Of a stretch of 64,000 bases of DNA, positions 38,501 to 48,981 are shown one piece after another. Source of the DNA: a virus; the IMG/VR virus record IMGVR_UViG_3300010334_006426, positions 32,001-96,000 of that record; one strand, written 5' to 3'. How positions within the stretch are numbered: the first letter of the stretch is position 1; each line of letters opens with the position of its first letter. The position numbers and the translations under genes are program-made. The notes under the pieces are model-generated. The model worked only from the letters and a program-made list of their open reading frames with translations. It had not been told where the DNA came from and searched no databases.

Positions 38501-40041
38501 AGCTATATCCATTAAACAGTACAGTTACTGTAATTGCTAGCGCTGACGACTATAGTCAGTTTGAAAATTGGATAGGAGACCCTTGTGATCTATTTAAAAC
38601 TGATTGTATATTCACTGTTACAACAGCCGTAAATTTAACAGCTTATTTTAGTAAGCTTCCTATATTTGATATTATTGTGACAACTCCAGCAGGTAAAGTA
38701 TATTCTCAAGATTTAAAACTTTATGCAGACGCTGGTAATGGTTCAAACGGACCAGTTACTACTAGAAACCCTTATCTTATTAATAGCTTAGTAACCCTTT
38801 CCGCATTAACACCAGTTTCTGGTTGGGCTATGTATGGTTGGGAGGGAGGCCGATGCACCGGTATTGGAGGCGATAGATGTACATTCTTTGTCAATGATAA
38901 TATGAATATTAAAGCGAGATATATCAGATACTATGAATATCCGCTTAAAATTTATGCATCTTCTTACATACGTACACAATCTGCTGCTAATGATACAATT
39001 ATAATAGGTGCCGATTATGTTAATGATGGGGTACATACAAGAAATAAATTTGATATTAAGTACACTTGCAATAGCACTTGTACTTTTGTTTTTACAGGAA
39101 CAAATACTTCTAGATACGGAAATACGTTTGTTACTTTATCAGCAGCGCCATCTCCCGGGAGAAAGTTAAAATATTGGACAGGTGATTCCTCTTGTGATAG
39201 TACTGAATATGTATCGCCAATAACAGATATCATTACAACTATTCCTGTACCGGCAGTAAACATAGGAAACTACTGTACCTTAGAAATGGATAAGCCTAGA
39301 TCTGTTACAGGTGTTTTTGATATTGGGTATTATACATTAACGTTAATTATTTCTGGAGACGGATTAGGTGATATATTCACATCGCTACCTGACCCGTACT
39401 TCAGAGATAGTGTTTTAGGAGGAGATATTATAAAGTACTCTGTTTTAAGCGGTACATCTCTAACTGTAAGGTGCTCAGCATTGAGAGGTAGTACGTTCCT
39501 AAATCTTTCAAGTAGATACTGCACGCCTATTGATTCTGTAAGCACGTGCAGGGTAACTATGGATAATGACGTCACGGTAATCTCAACAATTACAGCTACA
39601 AGCTTCTATACACTTAAGATTGTCAACCCATTTACTTGCGGTGTTCAGATTACAGCATATCCAAACGGCAGATATAATCAACAAGTATGTTGCCCGCCGA
39701 ATAATTTAACTGAAAAATGCGAGGCGCTGTATCCATCCTACAGATTAATTAATGTAGAGGCTATCAACACTAGCGATAGCTGTGGCGTTGCTTATTTCTT
39801 AACAGATCAAGATATAGTTGATAATGGTGGATTAAAGGTTCAATATCAAAAGGGAGCAGGTTTATACATGTCTGTAATGAATAAGCCTGTAGGATTTGGT
39901 GAGGTATTTTCATTAATTGATGGTAGTATTAAGTTAACACCTGGAGGTACGCCTTACAAAGCTGGTCCCGGCATTGTTATTGAGCCTAAAGCCTTTGTAT
40001 CTATGACAGATAACGTGACAATAACCGCAATGCCCTTTTAA
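35545..40041 (+). CDS. Large virion protein with a gp7/P2-gpI-like RGT motif and Cys-containing InlB-B-like repeats
   Basis: YGSRGTSFGVE; repeated G.G.I...C...C..VT..A....F..W.G..C....C...M......A.F units. Confidence 0.65.
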   Translation: MIISSILNNDYNAFDNKDPYTFLEWFKQNDSVDPDVNVQFLEYKKYILNWTEKKKLTKIETKSVIQASYVQVLREIAVSYSTEEEKRFVTNADLNNPSDVEIVLPFFIYKLKQICLYYAIAREELKSSFIEYGSRGTSFGVEKIVKDLIFSTARLDISFDNLPCFFPPLSSIAQDLYVTVEEIYDTTDNYFNVSPDNISKDRYSTVQNLSSINLIFPNLYVEFKQAVVDAIHQYPIYIDSLKNTFAINPPLSGIELNYLKNRDFVDYLQSNSTDTLKLNLLRKLAPKYLANDFYYLSTGSTTTNFVSGLLFSVSPLTGAPTLNLLNRNNPSVATVPNTNELYTELELGRFFLPHHQGVLIHNTPQKTFSINTGELLPNTLYAFPDPNVVGSVSYNSNIDNNFPLIYKIDVSWNKVSRSNQFKFGDVFAIPYNSLYYGYQSREQDLNLGTSGISRVQDNVDFWGGLKKNEWLNADIWPGIDVADIYPNQDRQESLLVNKGTPVYWGSDIFNNDFCLIKEISPLKNITNTTSLTSQGIIPGQNTKVTVNSKLLEEQSIYNKKNVLPGDLYFRDNIVGKTYTGLMALSSVLLRYPKKIYESIQSKIVYFAIYGNTFVLETDDIVVVDSYNYDYDNNRITPTTPQGLFFDKFLTYKNIERFAGEWYSERDDKLYLCFLVVNPLHGKSSYKSIYPKIYDINLSPLVSKLIYPDPEKDIFLTYSLSANSEIPSQIDLKLLDGISVEFLNKTNIFNISYLGKNLNSLPFVVNEQIYKNEPYFYTYQPQIFQPFYYTVDTNYFTSSLPYFTKYIGSTTGIVGSHNFIQGQLNTSQYSATGVNYMYCDGALPVQLNLLGTYIVQFDWQVYSEVTVFIGCSGYIIRNTDSNLLWNADTATAKYLFKQDTVGTIVEKLSTNGVNTNILNVGLEITRLTDDPSLVKFVLKSNTLPAESQICNTPLDIFRNLNITLLGEGSGRIITDPFCIDCSSSCSELYPLNSTVTVIASADDYSQFENWIGDPCDLFKTDCIFTVTTAVNLTAYFSKLPIFDIIVTTPAGKVYSQDLKLYADAGNGSNGPVTTRNPYLINSLVTLSALTPVSGWAMYGWEGGRCTGIGGDRCTFFVNDNMNIKARYIRYYEYPLKIYASSYIRTQSAANDTIIIGADYVNDGVHTRNKFDIKYTCNSTCTFVFTGTNTSRYGNTFVTLSAAPSPGRKLKYWTGDSSCDSTEYVSPITDIITTIPVPAVNIGNYCTLEMDKPRSVTGVFDIGYYTLTLIISGDGLGDIFTSLPDPYFRDSVLGGDIIKYSVLSGTSLTVRCSALRGSTFLNLSSRYCTPIDSVSTCRVTMDNDVTVISTITATSFYTLKIVNPFTCGVQITAYPNGRYNQQVCCPPNNLTEKCEALYPSYRLINVEAINTSDSCGVAYFLTDQDIVDNGGLKVQYQKGAGLYMSVMNKPVGFGEVFSLIDGSIKLTPGGTPYKAGPGIVIEPKAFVSMTDNVTITAMPF

Positions 40042-40048
40042 ATAATAT

Positions 40049-42004
40049 ATGATACAAACAACACAAAATATTGCTATTTACAATGATCAGCAGCTAGATT
40101 TATGGAGTGATATTATTGTAAGTTTCGAGTACGAGAGGTACGCATATAATACTTCAACTACAGGTGGGTTTGCAGTAGTTTTTTTTAACAGTATAGTTGA
40201 TTTACCTAGAGGTGGAGGTCCAGAATATAGCTTAGGATATACATCTAATACTAGAGCCGAATACTGCTCAAAAGGTGGCTATTCTGGTTTGCAAGCAGCT
40301 TTCTTAGGTATTGGATTTGATAATAAAGGATTGTTTGGCGCCGAAATAGATGGTCATAACGGTATACCTCTATCAGAATTAAACCAGGTCCCTACTATTA
40401 CTGTAAGAGGCGGTGTAGCGGAAGACTATAATGTTTTAAACACATTTAATTTAAATGGTTTGTCTGCATATTCTAATGCATCTACATTTACTATAGATCA
40501 AAGTGCGTCATCTACAGGAACTATATTTAAAAGATCAGTAAGAATTATTCTTAAAAATAATGCAACAAATTTACTTGTACAGTTAAAAAACAATCCAGAT
40601 ACGGAACAATTTGACACTGTTATCGATATGCAGCTTCCTGAAAAAGCTCGTACCGCCCTAAGAGTGGCTCTTACTAATACTTCTAGTAATAACATTACAA
40701 AGTTTAATGTTTTAAACTTTAATACTGCTGGCTTCCCTGGGGTTACTTCGACACAAAAATTAGATCAGTGCTCTGATGTAATAGTACAAAAGAGTTTTGG
40801 TTTAAAAAATAGCGAATTGTGTGCAGGTAATGAATATGTGACAACTTCATTACCTAACAAAGTGGTAACATATACTACCGATACTGTTAAATATAATTTA
40901 AAAAATATAATTTACACGGGTTCAGGTATAAAAATTACTGGTTCCTCCGGTGACTATGTTGTAGGTATCTATGAAAACAAGCCTCTAGTTGCTGTATATA
41001 AGTATCTTGGAGAAAAATTAGCAAAAAATTTCTTAATAACTACACCTGATAACGGTATTCCAACTTGGGCAGATATAGACATGAATACAGGAACGCTTGC
41101 CTTGATGACAAGATCAGTATCAGGTGTCGTGTATGTTTACAATTATACAAGCGAATCTATGGACCAGGTAAAGATTGGTAAGTTTAATCTCTTTCAAACT
41201 ATACCATATTCTCCTGCAGTGCATGGTGATTCTGGTTTTCAAGATAAATTAAAAATAAGCGGAAAAAATTTAATTATTACTGGCGGTAATGAAAAAGTAC
41301 ATACCTATAGAAAGGATATCTCTACTTTGTGGACTTACGGTCAAAAGTTAAGTGCTACTATTGCAGCTAATTTTATTACCGGATTTGGTGAAGAAATTGC
41401 GGTCTCTGGTGATCATCTCTTAGTAGGTGCGCCACAATCACAAAAGCTAGCAATACCTGAGCCTACACAGGGAGAGGTATATCATTATGCTTATTCAACA
41501 ATAGAAAATAAATGGAACTTAGTAATGGCACTTGGAAGTTTTTACGGTCTCAATACACCTCTAGGAACTTTTGGATCTACTATAGCTTTTGAAGATGATA
41601 CTTGTGTTGTAGGTAGTCCCGGTGAAGAATATCGCATTGATGAAAATAATTCTATAATCAATGTAGGTAGAATACATTTGTTTAGAAAATCTGCTGGTGG
41701 TGTGTTTTCACAAGGCGCTTCTATTTCACCAGAAGATAATTACATCGAAGCAAATAGTTTCTACGGAACAAAAGTTGCAATTTATGACGGGTATGTTTTT
41801 GTTCTTTCACCTTTTACAGAGTTTTACAAAAAATCATATATTACAGCTTACAATCTAGATTGTAAATTTAAGTTGCCTCCACCACAAATTAATATTCCTG
41901 CATGCGCGCTAATAACCTTTGACAATAGAGCATTTATCTTGGATAGTATTACAGGAACTTACATGTTATCATATTCCTGCAGAATAGGGGGCGATAACTT
42001 TTGA
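40049..42004 (+). CDS. L-type lectin plus FG-GAP propeller protein (adhesin-like)
   Basis: GGFAVVF..LGY..LGIGFD..G lectin motif; FG..IA.SG..L.VGAP...G.VY repeats. Confidence 0.7.
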   Translation: MIQTTQNIAIYNDQQLDLWSDIIVSFEYERYAYNTSTTGGFAVVFFNSIVDLPRGGGPEYSLGYTSNTRAEYCSKGGYSGLQAAFLGIGFDNKGLFGAEIDGHNGIPLSELNQVPTITVRGGVAEDYNVLNTFNLNGLSAYSNASTFTIDQSASSTGTIFKRSVRIILKNNATNLLVQLKNNPDTEQFDTVIDMQLPEKARTALRVALTNTSSNNITKFNVLNFNTAGFPGVTSTQKLDQCSDVIVQKSFGLKNSELCAGNEYVTTSLPNKVVTYTTDTVKYNLKNIIYTGSGIKITGSSGDYVVGIYENKPLVAVYKYLGEKLAKNFLITTPDNGIPTWADIDMNTGTLALMTRSVSGVVYVYNYTSESMDQVKIGKFNLFQTIPYSPAVHGDSGFQDKLKISGKNLIITGGNEKVHTYRKDISTLWTYGQKLSATIAANFITGFGEEIAVSGDHLLVGAPQSQKLAIPEPTQGEVYHYAYSTIENKWNLVMALGSFYGLNTPLGTFGSTIAFEDDTCVVGSPGEEYRIDENNSIINVGRIHLFRKSAGGVFSQGASISPEDNYIEANSFYGTKVAIYDGYVFVLSPFTEFYKKSYITAYNLDCKFKLPPPQINIPACALITFDNRAFILDSITGTYMLSYSCRIGGDNF

Positions 42005-43008
42005 TGAATACCTTAAATTTATCTACATCAGCTAGAATATTAATTCCTGCAAATTCAGTAGAATTATCTTCTTACAATTATTGCAACTGGTTAGATCATC
42101 ACATTTTTAAAGATACAAATCTTTCGCCAACCGGATATGATTTTGTATATCCTCAAAGCGCTTACGGGGGTTATTTTTACCCTCGCGCAATTACCTTTGC
42201 AAAAGTGGTATCTGGCGGACCTTTTTATGATATTTGTTATCAAGATTTTTGTACAGAAATATTTTCTATTAATTCAGTGAATTTATATTGTATTTCTACT
42301 GTAGCCTTTATATTGAGTGCGCTAGATGAGTCTAACGCAAAAATAATAAAATTAATTTACGATTTTGACGATAAAACAGATATGGTTATCAAAAACTATG
42401 ACTATATTAATCCTTATACTATACCTATTAAGCAGCAAACAGTATATCATACGTTTTACCCTAGAGATAATCTTATTACTACCTATCATCCTAAAATTTC
42501 TGCAATTTATGAGGACGGCTGCACTTCAACCATAGCCATGACCTTGTGCTGTTTTAAATGTGGTATCATAGATGCTTATGAAAACGTAGGATTATTAGAT
42601 AGCGCTCAAACTAAAGAAGTTAGGAGTATTGTGTTAACATTGGAAGATAGAAAAAATAGACAACTATTTACAAATATGCTAGATTTAGATGCTCCTCTAC
42701 CTCCTTTAACAGCAATACCTCAAGCTCCTGTGACTATACCTACGCTACCACAGCTCACTATAGTGAAAGCTACTTCAGCAAGGTTGCAATTTATTAATCC
42801 GGTAGCGGTTAATATATTCAATTACGAATATATGGAAGGACTGGGTATTAATTTGACACCAGACTTATTAGAACTAGCCCCAGGAGATTTGATATATTCG
42901 CCGCTTTCTGGAGGCATTATTCTAATAGATGGCTCTGGTGCACCATATGATGTTGGTGACGGAATACTAATAACCCCGGGAGTAACACGAATTATTCCTA
43001 TTGATTAA
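42001..43008 (+). CDS. Virion protein with a PKD-like domain and C-terminal YxxGxGI module
   Basis: IYDFDD...HTFYP; C-terminal module shared with neighbouring genes. Confidence 0.6.
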   Translation: MMNTLNLSTSARILIPANSVELSSYNYCNWLDHHIFKDTNLSPTGYDFVYPQSAYGGYFYPRAITFAKVVSGGPFYDICYQDFCTEIFSINSVNLYCISTVAFILSALDESNAKIIKLIYDFDDKTDMVIKNYDYINPYTIPIKQQTVYHTFYPRDNLITTYHPKISAIYEDGCTSTIAMTLCCFKCGIIDAYENVGLLDSAQTKEVRSIVLTLEDRKNRQLFTNMLDLDAPLPPLTAIPQAPVTIPTLPQLTIVKATSARLQFINPVAVNIFNYEYMEGLGINLTPDLLELAPGDLIYSPLSGGIILIDGSGAPYDVGDGILITPGVTRIIPID

Positions 43009-43015
43009 ATAATTT

Positions 43016-46000
43016 ATGCTAGTTAGCTATTTAACAGAAACAAATTACACGGGCCTTAGTGCACAGTACCCGTACGATGACAATATTAATTTTCAAAACA
43101 TTAAGCTTGGCATCGACGGTCGACTATCTATTAATATATCTCCAGTATTCTGTGAGTTAAATGACTTTAAAAAAAATAACTACAGCTTAATGTATCTCAC
43201 TAAACAGTCAAGTTTTTTAAATTTGACGGATTTTTATGCTATTAAAGACGATACATTAACTAATACTTTAGTAGGTAAGATTTTTAGCAGTGATACTTTT
43301 TCTAGCTCTGGTGCGTATTTAAAGTTTGTTGCATCTATCGATGATCAAGAATTTTTAGCTGTAAATTACGATCAAAGCTTTGTTATTTTAAATTATGATG
43401 ATCCTCTTAACATCTTTCATTTTATTAAAAAAGATTCTATTTTTTGTAATGTAATGTATTATTATAAGAATAATGAATACTACCTTAATTTTAACCCTGT
43501 AACATTAAATTTAAATTTTACTGTTTTATCTGCGTTTAGTGATGTGAAAGATTATACAAGAAACTTTTATTATACCTATGATGATAAGAGTAACGTATTT
43601 ACTCTGCAATGTAGAATAAATGGAATAGCTTATAGAGTAATTAGAAACTATAATACTTCACGACTGGCTTTGAGTACTATGACTGATATAGATAGATCGG
43701 ATAAAAGATGCTTGTTTTACCTTTATACAGCAAATAAATTCTCTACTCCTGAGATTACAATTGACTGGGGAAGCTATCAAAAAAAGTTCAATCAAAACGA
43801 TCTATTAATTGATGCAACAAGAAGTTTTTATGATACTAAATCAAACTTTTTAATACACAGTGAGTATTTTAATTTTAATCGAACTTATCTTCCTTATGAT
43901 ATATTAAGTTTAAAAACTCAACTTAATTCAAAAAATTATGCAACAAGAGGAAATATTTTTCCTGACGAAGATCAAGTTACTAATAGAGATTATGTGACCA
44001 TATTTAGCGGTGGAAGACAGGAAAAAGGATACGAAAAATTACATTTACAGTATCAAACCTATACCCATCCATATGAATTTATTGCAGGCAAAACAACTTG
44101 GTTTCATACACCACAATCAATGCATCCCTATGAAAGAATGAACATTAATAATACTTCTTTAATAGACGCAGGAGCGGTAGGCGGTGATCATCCCCTTAGA
44201 AGCGATAAAGTTTTTAAAAAACTAGGCAATTATAAAAATACTGCAAATTTCGGCAATAGCACTAGCGAGCAAACCGGACAATGGCTTTGTTCCTGGTTGT
44301 CCGCTGCCCCGGATATAAATGTAAAACCTGTCTGGGTGGATAGATTTTTTAACCCCTCTAAGCTAACACCTTTTCAAGCTTTATCTGCATCACCCGGGTC
44401 TATTATCTACAATCCTTCTTATAACTGTTATTTAAGCGAGGGTATTTACGATGCACCGTCAAGTTTAACTTTTGAACCGGGTAACCTATATGCTTATTCT
44501 AGGCTAGGCAGAATAGATGCTCAGCAAAATATATTAGCATTAAATGAAAGCTTGCAAATAAAAAATTTCTCTGATTACAGAAGACTAGACGGTAAAGATC
44601 TTCAAGAAGAAGTTAGGGATAATATGTCTACTTTTACTTTTGACAGTGATAGTTATAGCGTAGTGAATGTTGAAAGCTTTAAATCGGAGCTAAACGTTTT
44701 TTCAGTAGGATTTTGGGCTTACAGAGAAAACTGGTCAGAACCATGCGGTTTTCAGTTAGGCGGTAATTATACTGACTACGGTTTAGGTATTTTTAATTAC
44801 GAGTACGTTAATCCTTTATTAATGTATATATCTACTGTAAACGGACAGAGCGTTGTAAATGCATATAACAGCAATTTAGAATTAGTTAATGTTTATAATG
44901 CCAATGGTTTAATAGTAGATAAAATTGATTATTTTGCGCGGCGAGATGTATTGAATTCATTTCATTTATTTTCCAGTCTGTCTAGCGTATATGAACTCAA
45001 CTTGCAAGAAGCTATAATAGATTCTGCTAAATTGCCAAGTAGAATTAGAAGAGCAACAAATGACGACAAATACTGCTATATGCTTTTAGATGGTACACCA
45101 AACATATACAAATTAAATCTATTGACTAATGAAATATTCTTAACAGCTGCAAACTTTAATCTTAATTTAAATCAAATCATAGATCCGCCTTTAAAAGATT
45201 TTTATATATCTAATGCAACAATAGCTGTTACTAACGATAGTAAGGTTATTCTACTATCTACTTACGGAGTTACCGAGCCTAGGGTAATAAGCAATTATCT
45301 TTATTTTCTAGATGATGTTGATACACGGGGAGGTACATTAAAAGTATGGGATACTACTACTAATACCAAAGTTATTAGTTCAGTTATACCGGCAAAAAGA
45401 TTCTACACATACTTTAATATTGATAAAAACTGTAATTTATGGTGTGTTAGCGGGACAAAGATTGATATATACAAACAATATGGCTTATTAGACAGATCTA
45501 TATCATTAACTAATAGCCTATCTTCCTATGGTAATTTTAGTATACTAAATGTTACTTTTACAGATAATTTTGTAGATGGTGAGCTTGTAAATGATACCTT
45601 TATAACTACTACCGGTGTTGCAAATAATACATATTACATCTCTAAGCTGGATGACCAGGGTAACGTTGTTAAGACTGTATCTTTTTATACTTCTAATTTT
45701 AAAAATATAGATCCTAGTAATCACAGCTTTTTTTACTCGCGTAATGTAGTAGAGCAAAACAAATATACATTTAAAGCTAGGCTGTATAATCAGTTTGATA
45801 CGGAAGATTCTATAATACTAAATTTACCAGTTTTAAATGCCGATTTAAACCCTGGCTATCATCATTTTGCTATAACTGTAGACTGTCTTAATGGTAAGGC
45901 TAATTTATATGTAGATAATGAAGTTTATGTTTCACAAGATTTTACCCCGGGTAAGTTTTTATTTGCTTCTTTATTAGAGGATAATCTTGTTGTGGGTGCT

Positions 46001-46471
46001 ACTCCTTTCTATAACGGTGCATTGTTAGATACATTTCTAAGTAAAAAAATAGACAATAACTTCTATACAGTAAAAGATTTGAAAATACAGAATTTTTATT
46101 GGTTTAATAAAATACTTAACTATTTTGACATTAGTATGCTATACAAAGAGAAATACGAACCAGATAATTTGTTATGGGATGTCCCTTGCGGTAGACGTAA
46201 TTTTAACGAGACAATATCTAGATATTTTAGAAATAAAGTACCTGGTGCAAAAAGTACATTAATAAATGTTTATGTAAATTCTGGTGTCTTGGACGAAAAA
46301 AGCAAAAATATTTTAGAGCCTGAATTAATACAGAGAATATCTAAAAATATACCTAGCTATACCAAATTAAATAAATTTATATGGACTACAAATCTACCAG
46401 GTCTTACCGCCGCTTCACAACAGCCTTATTATCCTGGAAACACTATAACAAACGCGGGGTTCAGTAGATGA
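43016..46471 (+). CDS. Large virion protein with split LamG/concanavalin A-like motifs
   Basis: FSVGFW and YHHFAIT...LYVD...LVVG flanking a propeller-like insert. Confidence 0.65.
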   Translation: MLVSYLTETNYTGLSAQYPYDDNINFQNIKLGIDGRLSINISPVFCELNDFKKNNYSLMYLTKQSSFLNLTDFYAIKDDTLTNTLVGKIFSSDTFSSSGAYLKFVASIDDQEFLAVNYDQSFVILNYDDPLNIFHFIKKDSIFCNVMYYYKNNEYYLNFNPVTLNLNFTVLSAFSDVKDYTRNFYYTYDDKSNVFTLQCRINGIAYRVIRNYNTSRLALSTMTDIDRSDKRCLFYLYTANKFSTPEITIDWGSYQKKFNQNDLLIDATRSFYDTKSNFLIHSEYFNFNRTYLPYDILSLKTQLNSKNYATRGNIFPDEDQVTNRDYVTIFSGGRQEKGYEKLHLQYQTYTHPYEFIAGKTTWFHTPQSMHPYERMNINNTSLIDAGAVGGDHPLRSDKVFKKLGNYKNTANFGNSTSEQTGQWLCSWLSAAPDINVKPVWVDRFFNPSKLTPFQALSASPGSIIYNPSYNCYLSEGIYDAPSSLTFEPGNLYAYSRLGRIDAQQNILALNESLQIKNFSDYRRLDGKDLQEEVRDNMSTFTFDSDSYSVVNVESFKSELNVFSVGFWAYRENWSEPCGFQLGGNYTDYGLGIFNYEYVNPLLMYISTVNGQSVVNAYNSNLELVNVYNANGLIVDKIDYFARRDVLNSFHLFSSLSSVYELNLQEAIIDSAKLPSRIRRATNDDKYCYMLLDGTPNIYKLNLLTNEIFLTAANFNLNLNQIIDPPLKDFYISNATIAVTNDSKVILLSTYGVTEPRVISNYLYFLDDVDTRGGTLKVWDTTTNTKVISSVIPAKRFYTYFNIDKNCNLWCVSGTKIDIYKQYGLLDRSISLTNSLSSYGNFSILNVTFTDNFVDGELVNDTFITTTGVANNTYYISKLDDQGNVVKTVSFYTSNFKNIDPSNHSFFYSRNVVEQNKYTFKARLYNQFDTEDSIILNLPVLNADLNPGYHHFAITVDCLNGKANLYVDNEVYVSQDFTPGKFLFASLLEDNLVVGATPFYNGALLDTFLSKKIDNNFYTVKDLKIQNFYWFNKILNYFDISMLYKEKYEPDNLLWDVPCGRRNFNETISRYFRNKVPGAKSTLINVYVNSGVLDEKSKNILEPELIQRISKNIPSYTKLNKFIWTTNLPGLTAASQQPYYPGNTITNAGFSR

Positions 46472-48195
46472 AGCCAATTTCTATAGAGTTTGAAAATTCG
46501 AGATTTTTATATGATAGACATCCTTCCGACTCATTTCAACTACCTAATTCACTAGAGTCAATCGTTATACAGCCAAACGAATTAGCTGTTGCATCAACTT
46601 TTAATTTAAAAATAAAAAAACTTTATGATAATTTTCTTTATTTGTATGGTTTATGCTTTATGTCTGGGTTTGATTTAAACGAGAACTATAAAGGATGGTA
46701 TGATGAAATTTATGGATTTAATCCAAAGAAAACTAGAGATCCACTAGTAGCAACGTCAGGTAAAACCTCTGCCTTGAGCTCAAGTAATAAAGCTATATCA
46801 TTCTATGATCCAAGCAAACCATTTTTTGTTAATACAATTTTTACAACAAATACTACGGTAGGACTAATAACATTTGAAAAAATTATAGAAGATTTAGACT
46901 ATTTATATTCACCGCTAGCACTAACATTGACGCAAAACCTTGTACCCGGGTCAGCTGAATATAATAGCGTTGTTAATAGTATAGCACAAAGAAGAGAGTA
47001 TATTGATAGCTACAGGGCTAATATTAGATTTACACAGACTAGTATAGATCCATTATCTGGATCTATATCTTTTGCTAAAATGGGTGGCGTTATACAGCAA
47101 AATAATGAAAACTTGTTTATTACAGATACTGTTTATAACAATATTTACAGCTTTAATTTAAAAGATGCAGCTGGCGATGATAACATAAAGCAAAATATTC
47201 TTTTTCAAAAAAATCTAGTTGGAGGTACCGGTACTGTAGAAGATAAGATAAAATTCAACAGTCCAACTTTACTTGTTAATATTGATGATCATATCTTAGT
47301 AATAGATTCAAAAAACTCATGTTTCAAAGTTTATGATAAAAATTTAAATTGGGTATCTACAGTAACGCAGGCAGTATTTTTTAAGAAATATTCAGAAATA
47401 ACAGCTGCAGCTTATCATGCAAGTTCGAGCAAATTAATTTTAGGAGCCGGTCAAGCATTGCATTTATTTAAAATTATAGATTTAGACACTATTATATTTG
47501 AAAAAACTGTAAGCATATACATATCCAATGACCCTACAGATAAGATTATTGATTTAAAATTTGCAAACTACGAAGATAATATTTTATATGTTCTTACTAC
47601 TAAAAACATAATGAAGAAATGGATTACAAAATTAGAGAAAAATATTCTATATTTTGGTACTCCGAACAACGCTGCATTACAATATTTTTGGCAAGTTTTA
47701 TCACCCTATAGCAAAGATATAGATATTATGTTAATAAGAGCAGGTAATAATACGCAAAGCTTAATTCTAGTTGTTGAGGAGGGATTAAGCCTCAAGAGCC
47801 TTTTGAAACAGGATGATTTTAATGTATACTCAAGAAATGAAGTATGTCTTAATGGTGATGAATATAATTGTGCCTGGACATACAACAAAAGCTTAAAGAA
47901 ACTCTTGTATAACCTAAATCTTTTAGCCTCTAATATTACATACAGATTTTATACTAAAGAAAATGAAGTCACTAGTGCTACTTCGTTTATTTTTAAAACA
48001 TATAATAATCTAATAACTGAAAGAGTTATTAAAGATACTAACAAATATTCCAATATTTTTGTCAACGAAAATTTTCAATCCGAAGCTATTAATAGATGTT
48101 TTAATCAATTATATGATTATCAAAACTATATTTTAACCAGTCTTACAAATAATACACCATTTAATGTTGATTTGACGCCCTATAGGGTAATGTAG
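46468..48195 (+). CDS. NHL-repeat virion protein
   Basis: LFITD..YN.I, FNSP...ILVIDSKN..FKVYD. Confidence 0.6.
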   Translation: MKPISIEFENSRFLYDRHPSDSFQLPNSLESIVIQPNELAVASTFNLKIKKLYDNFLYLYGLCFMSGFDLNENYKGWYDEIYGFNPKKTRDPLVATSGKTSALSSSNKAISFYDPSKPFFVNTIFTTNTTVGLITFEKIIEDLDYLYSPLALTLTQNLVPGSAEYNSVVNSIAQRREYIDSYRANIRFTQTSIDPLSGSISFAKMGGVIQQNNENLFITDTVYNNIYSFNLKDAAGDDNIKQNILFQKNLVGGTGTVEDKIKFNSPTLLVNIDDHILVIDSKNSCFKVYDKNLNWVSTVTQAVFFKKYSEITAAAYHASSSKLILGAGQALHLFKIIDLDTIIFEKTVSIYISNDPTDKIIDLKFANYEDNILYVLTTKNIMKKWITKLEKNILYFGTPNNAALQYFWQVLSPYSKDIDIMLIRAGNNTQSLILVVEEGLSLKSLLKQDDFNVYSRNEVCLNGDEYNCAWTYNKSLKKLLYNLNLLASNITYRFYTKENEVTSATSFIFKTYNNLITERVIKDTNKYSNIFVNENFQSEAINRCFNQLYDYQNYILTSLTNNTPFNVDLTPYRVM

Positions 48196-48225
48196 ACGTT
48201 TTTTTAATAAATATATAGGAGACTT

Positions 48226-48981
48226 ATGGCAGGATCATACATTTTTCATAGCAAGCTTCACAGGGCAAGTCACCATACTCTATCTGGTACTGGATTGCCT
48301 GATGCAGGCTTAGATCCAATAGCATCAAGGGATCAGCCCTTTTTGGGTGTGTTTTATAATGTTTTGCCAGATGAAAATGGTTCTCTATCAATAACTACAG
48401 ATAGCATACAGTGGTGGTCAACCTATTCCACTGTAAACTCACTTTCTAGTATATGGGCTCCAACAGCATCTGTGTATACAACTGTAAGTTCTTTTTCAGC
48501 AAATTGGTCATTAGGTTATAATGGCTATACAACTTTTAAGCCTAACAGTTCAAAATATGAAAGTGTTTACTCTACTGTGTGTGCTTTTAGTGCGCAGTGG
48601 AGTGCACCTAATATAATGTTTACTAATAAAGTTCAAGAATACACAGCAGCTAAAACATTTTCTGGAACTAATCTAACTTATAATCCATTAATAGGAAATG
48701 TTGTCTGGGATGTATCTGTAAATCAAATAACATTTTTAAATTTGAATAATGATGTTACTCTTAGTGTTTTGAGCGCCAGGAAAGGCGGTGTTTATATTTT
48801 AAACATTATTCAGGATAGTATTGGCGGGCATGATATTGTGTTTGATCCTATTTTTAGATTTAATAGCACATACAATTTACAAGGTGTTATTGCAACAGAC
48901 CCAAACAGTAGAACTATAATAACTTTTGTATATGACGGTAACTTAATGTACGGTCATAGAGCAAATTACTACGTACCATGA
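48226..48981 (+). CDS. Fibre-like protein with His-rich N-terminus
   Basis: TAAATA plus AGGAG upstream; paralog of the next gene. Confidence 0.7.
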   Translation: MAGSYIFHSKLHRASHHTLSGTGLPDAGLDPIASRDQPFLGVFYNVLPDENGSLSITTDSIQWWSTYSTVNSLSSIWAPTASVYTTVSSFSANWSLGYNGYTTFKPNSSKYESVYSTVCAFSAQWSAPNIMFTNKVQEYTAAKTFSGTNLTYNPLIGNVVWDVSVNQITFLNLNNDVTLSVLSARKGGVYILNIIQDSIGGHDIVFDPIFRFNSTYNLQGVIATDPNSRTIITFVYDGNLMYGHRANYYVP

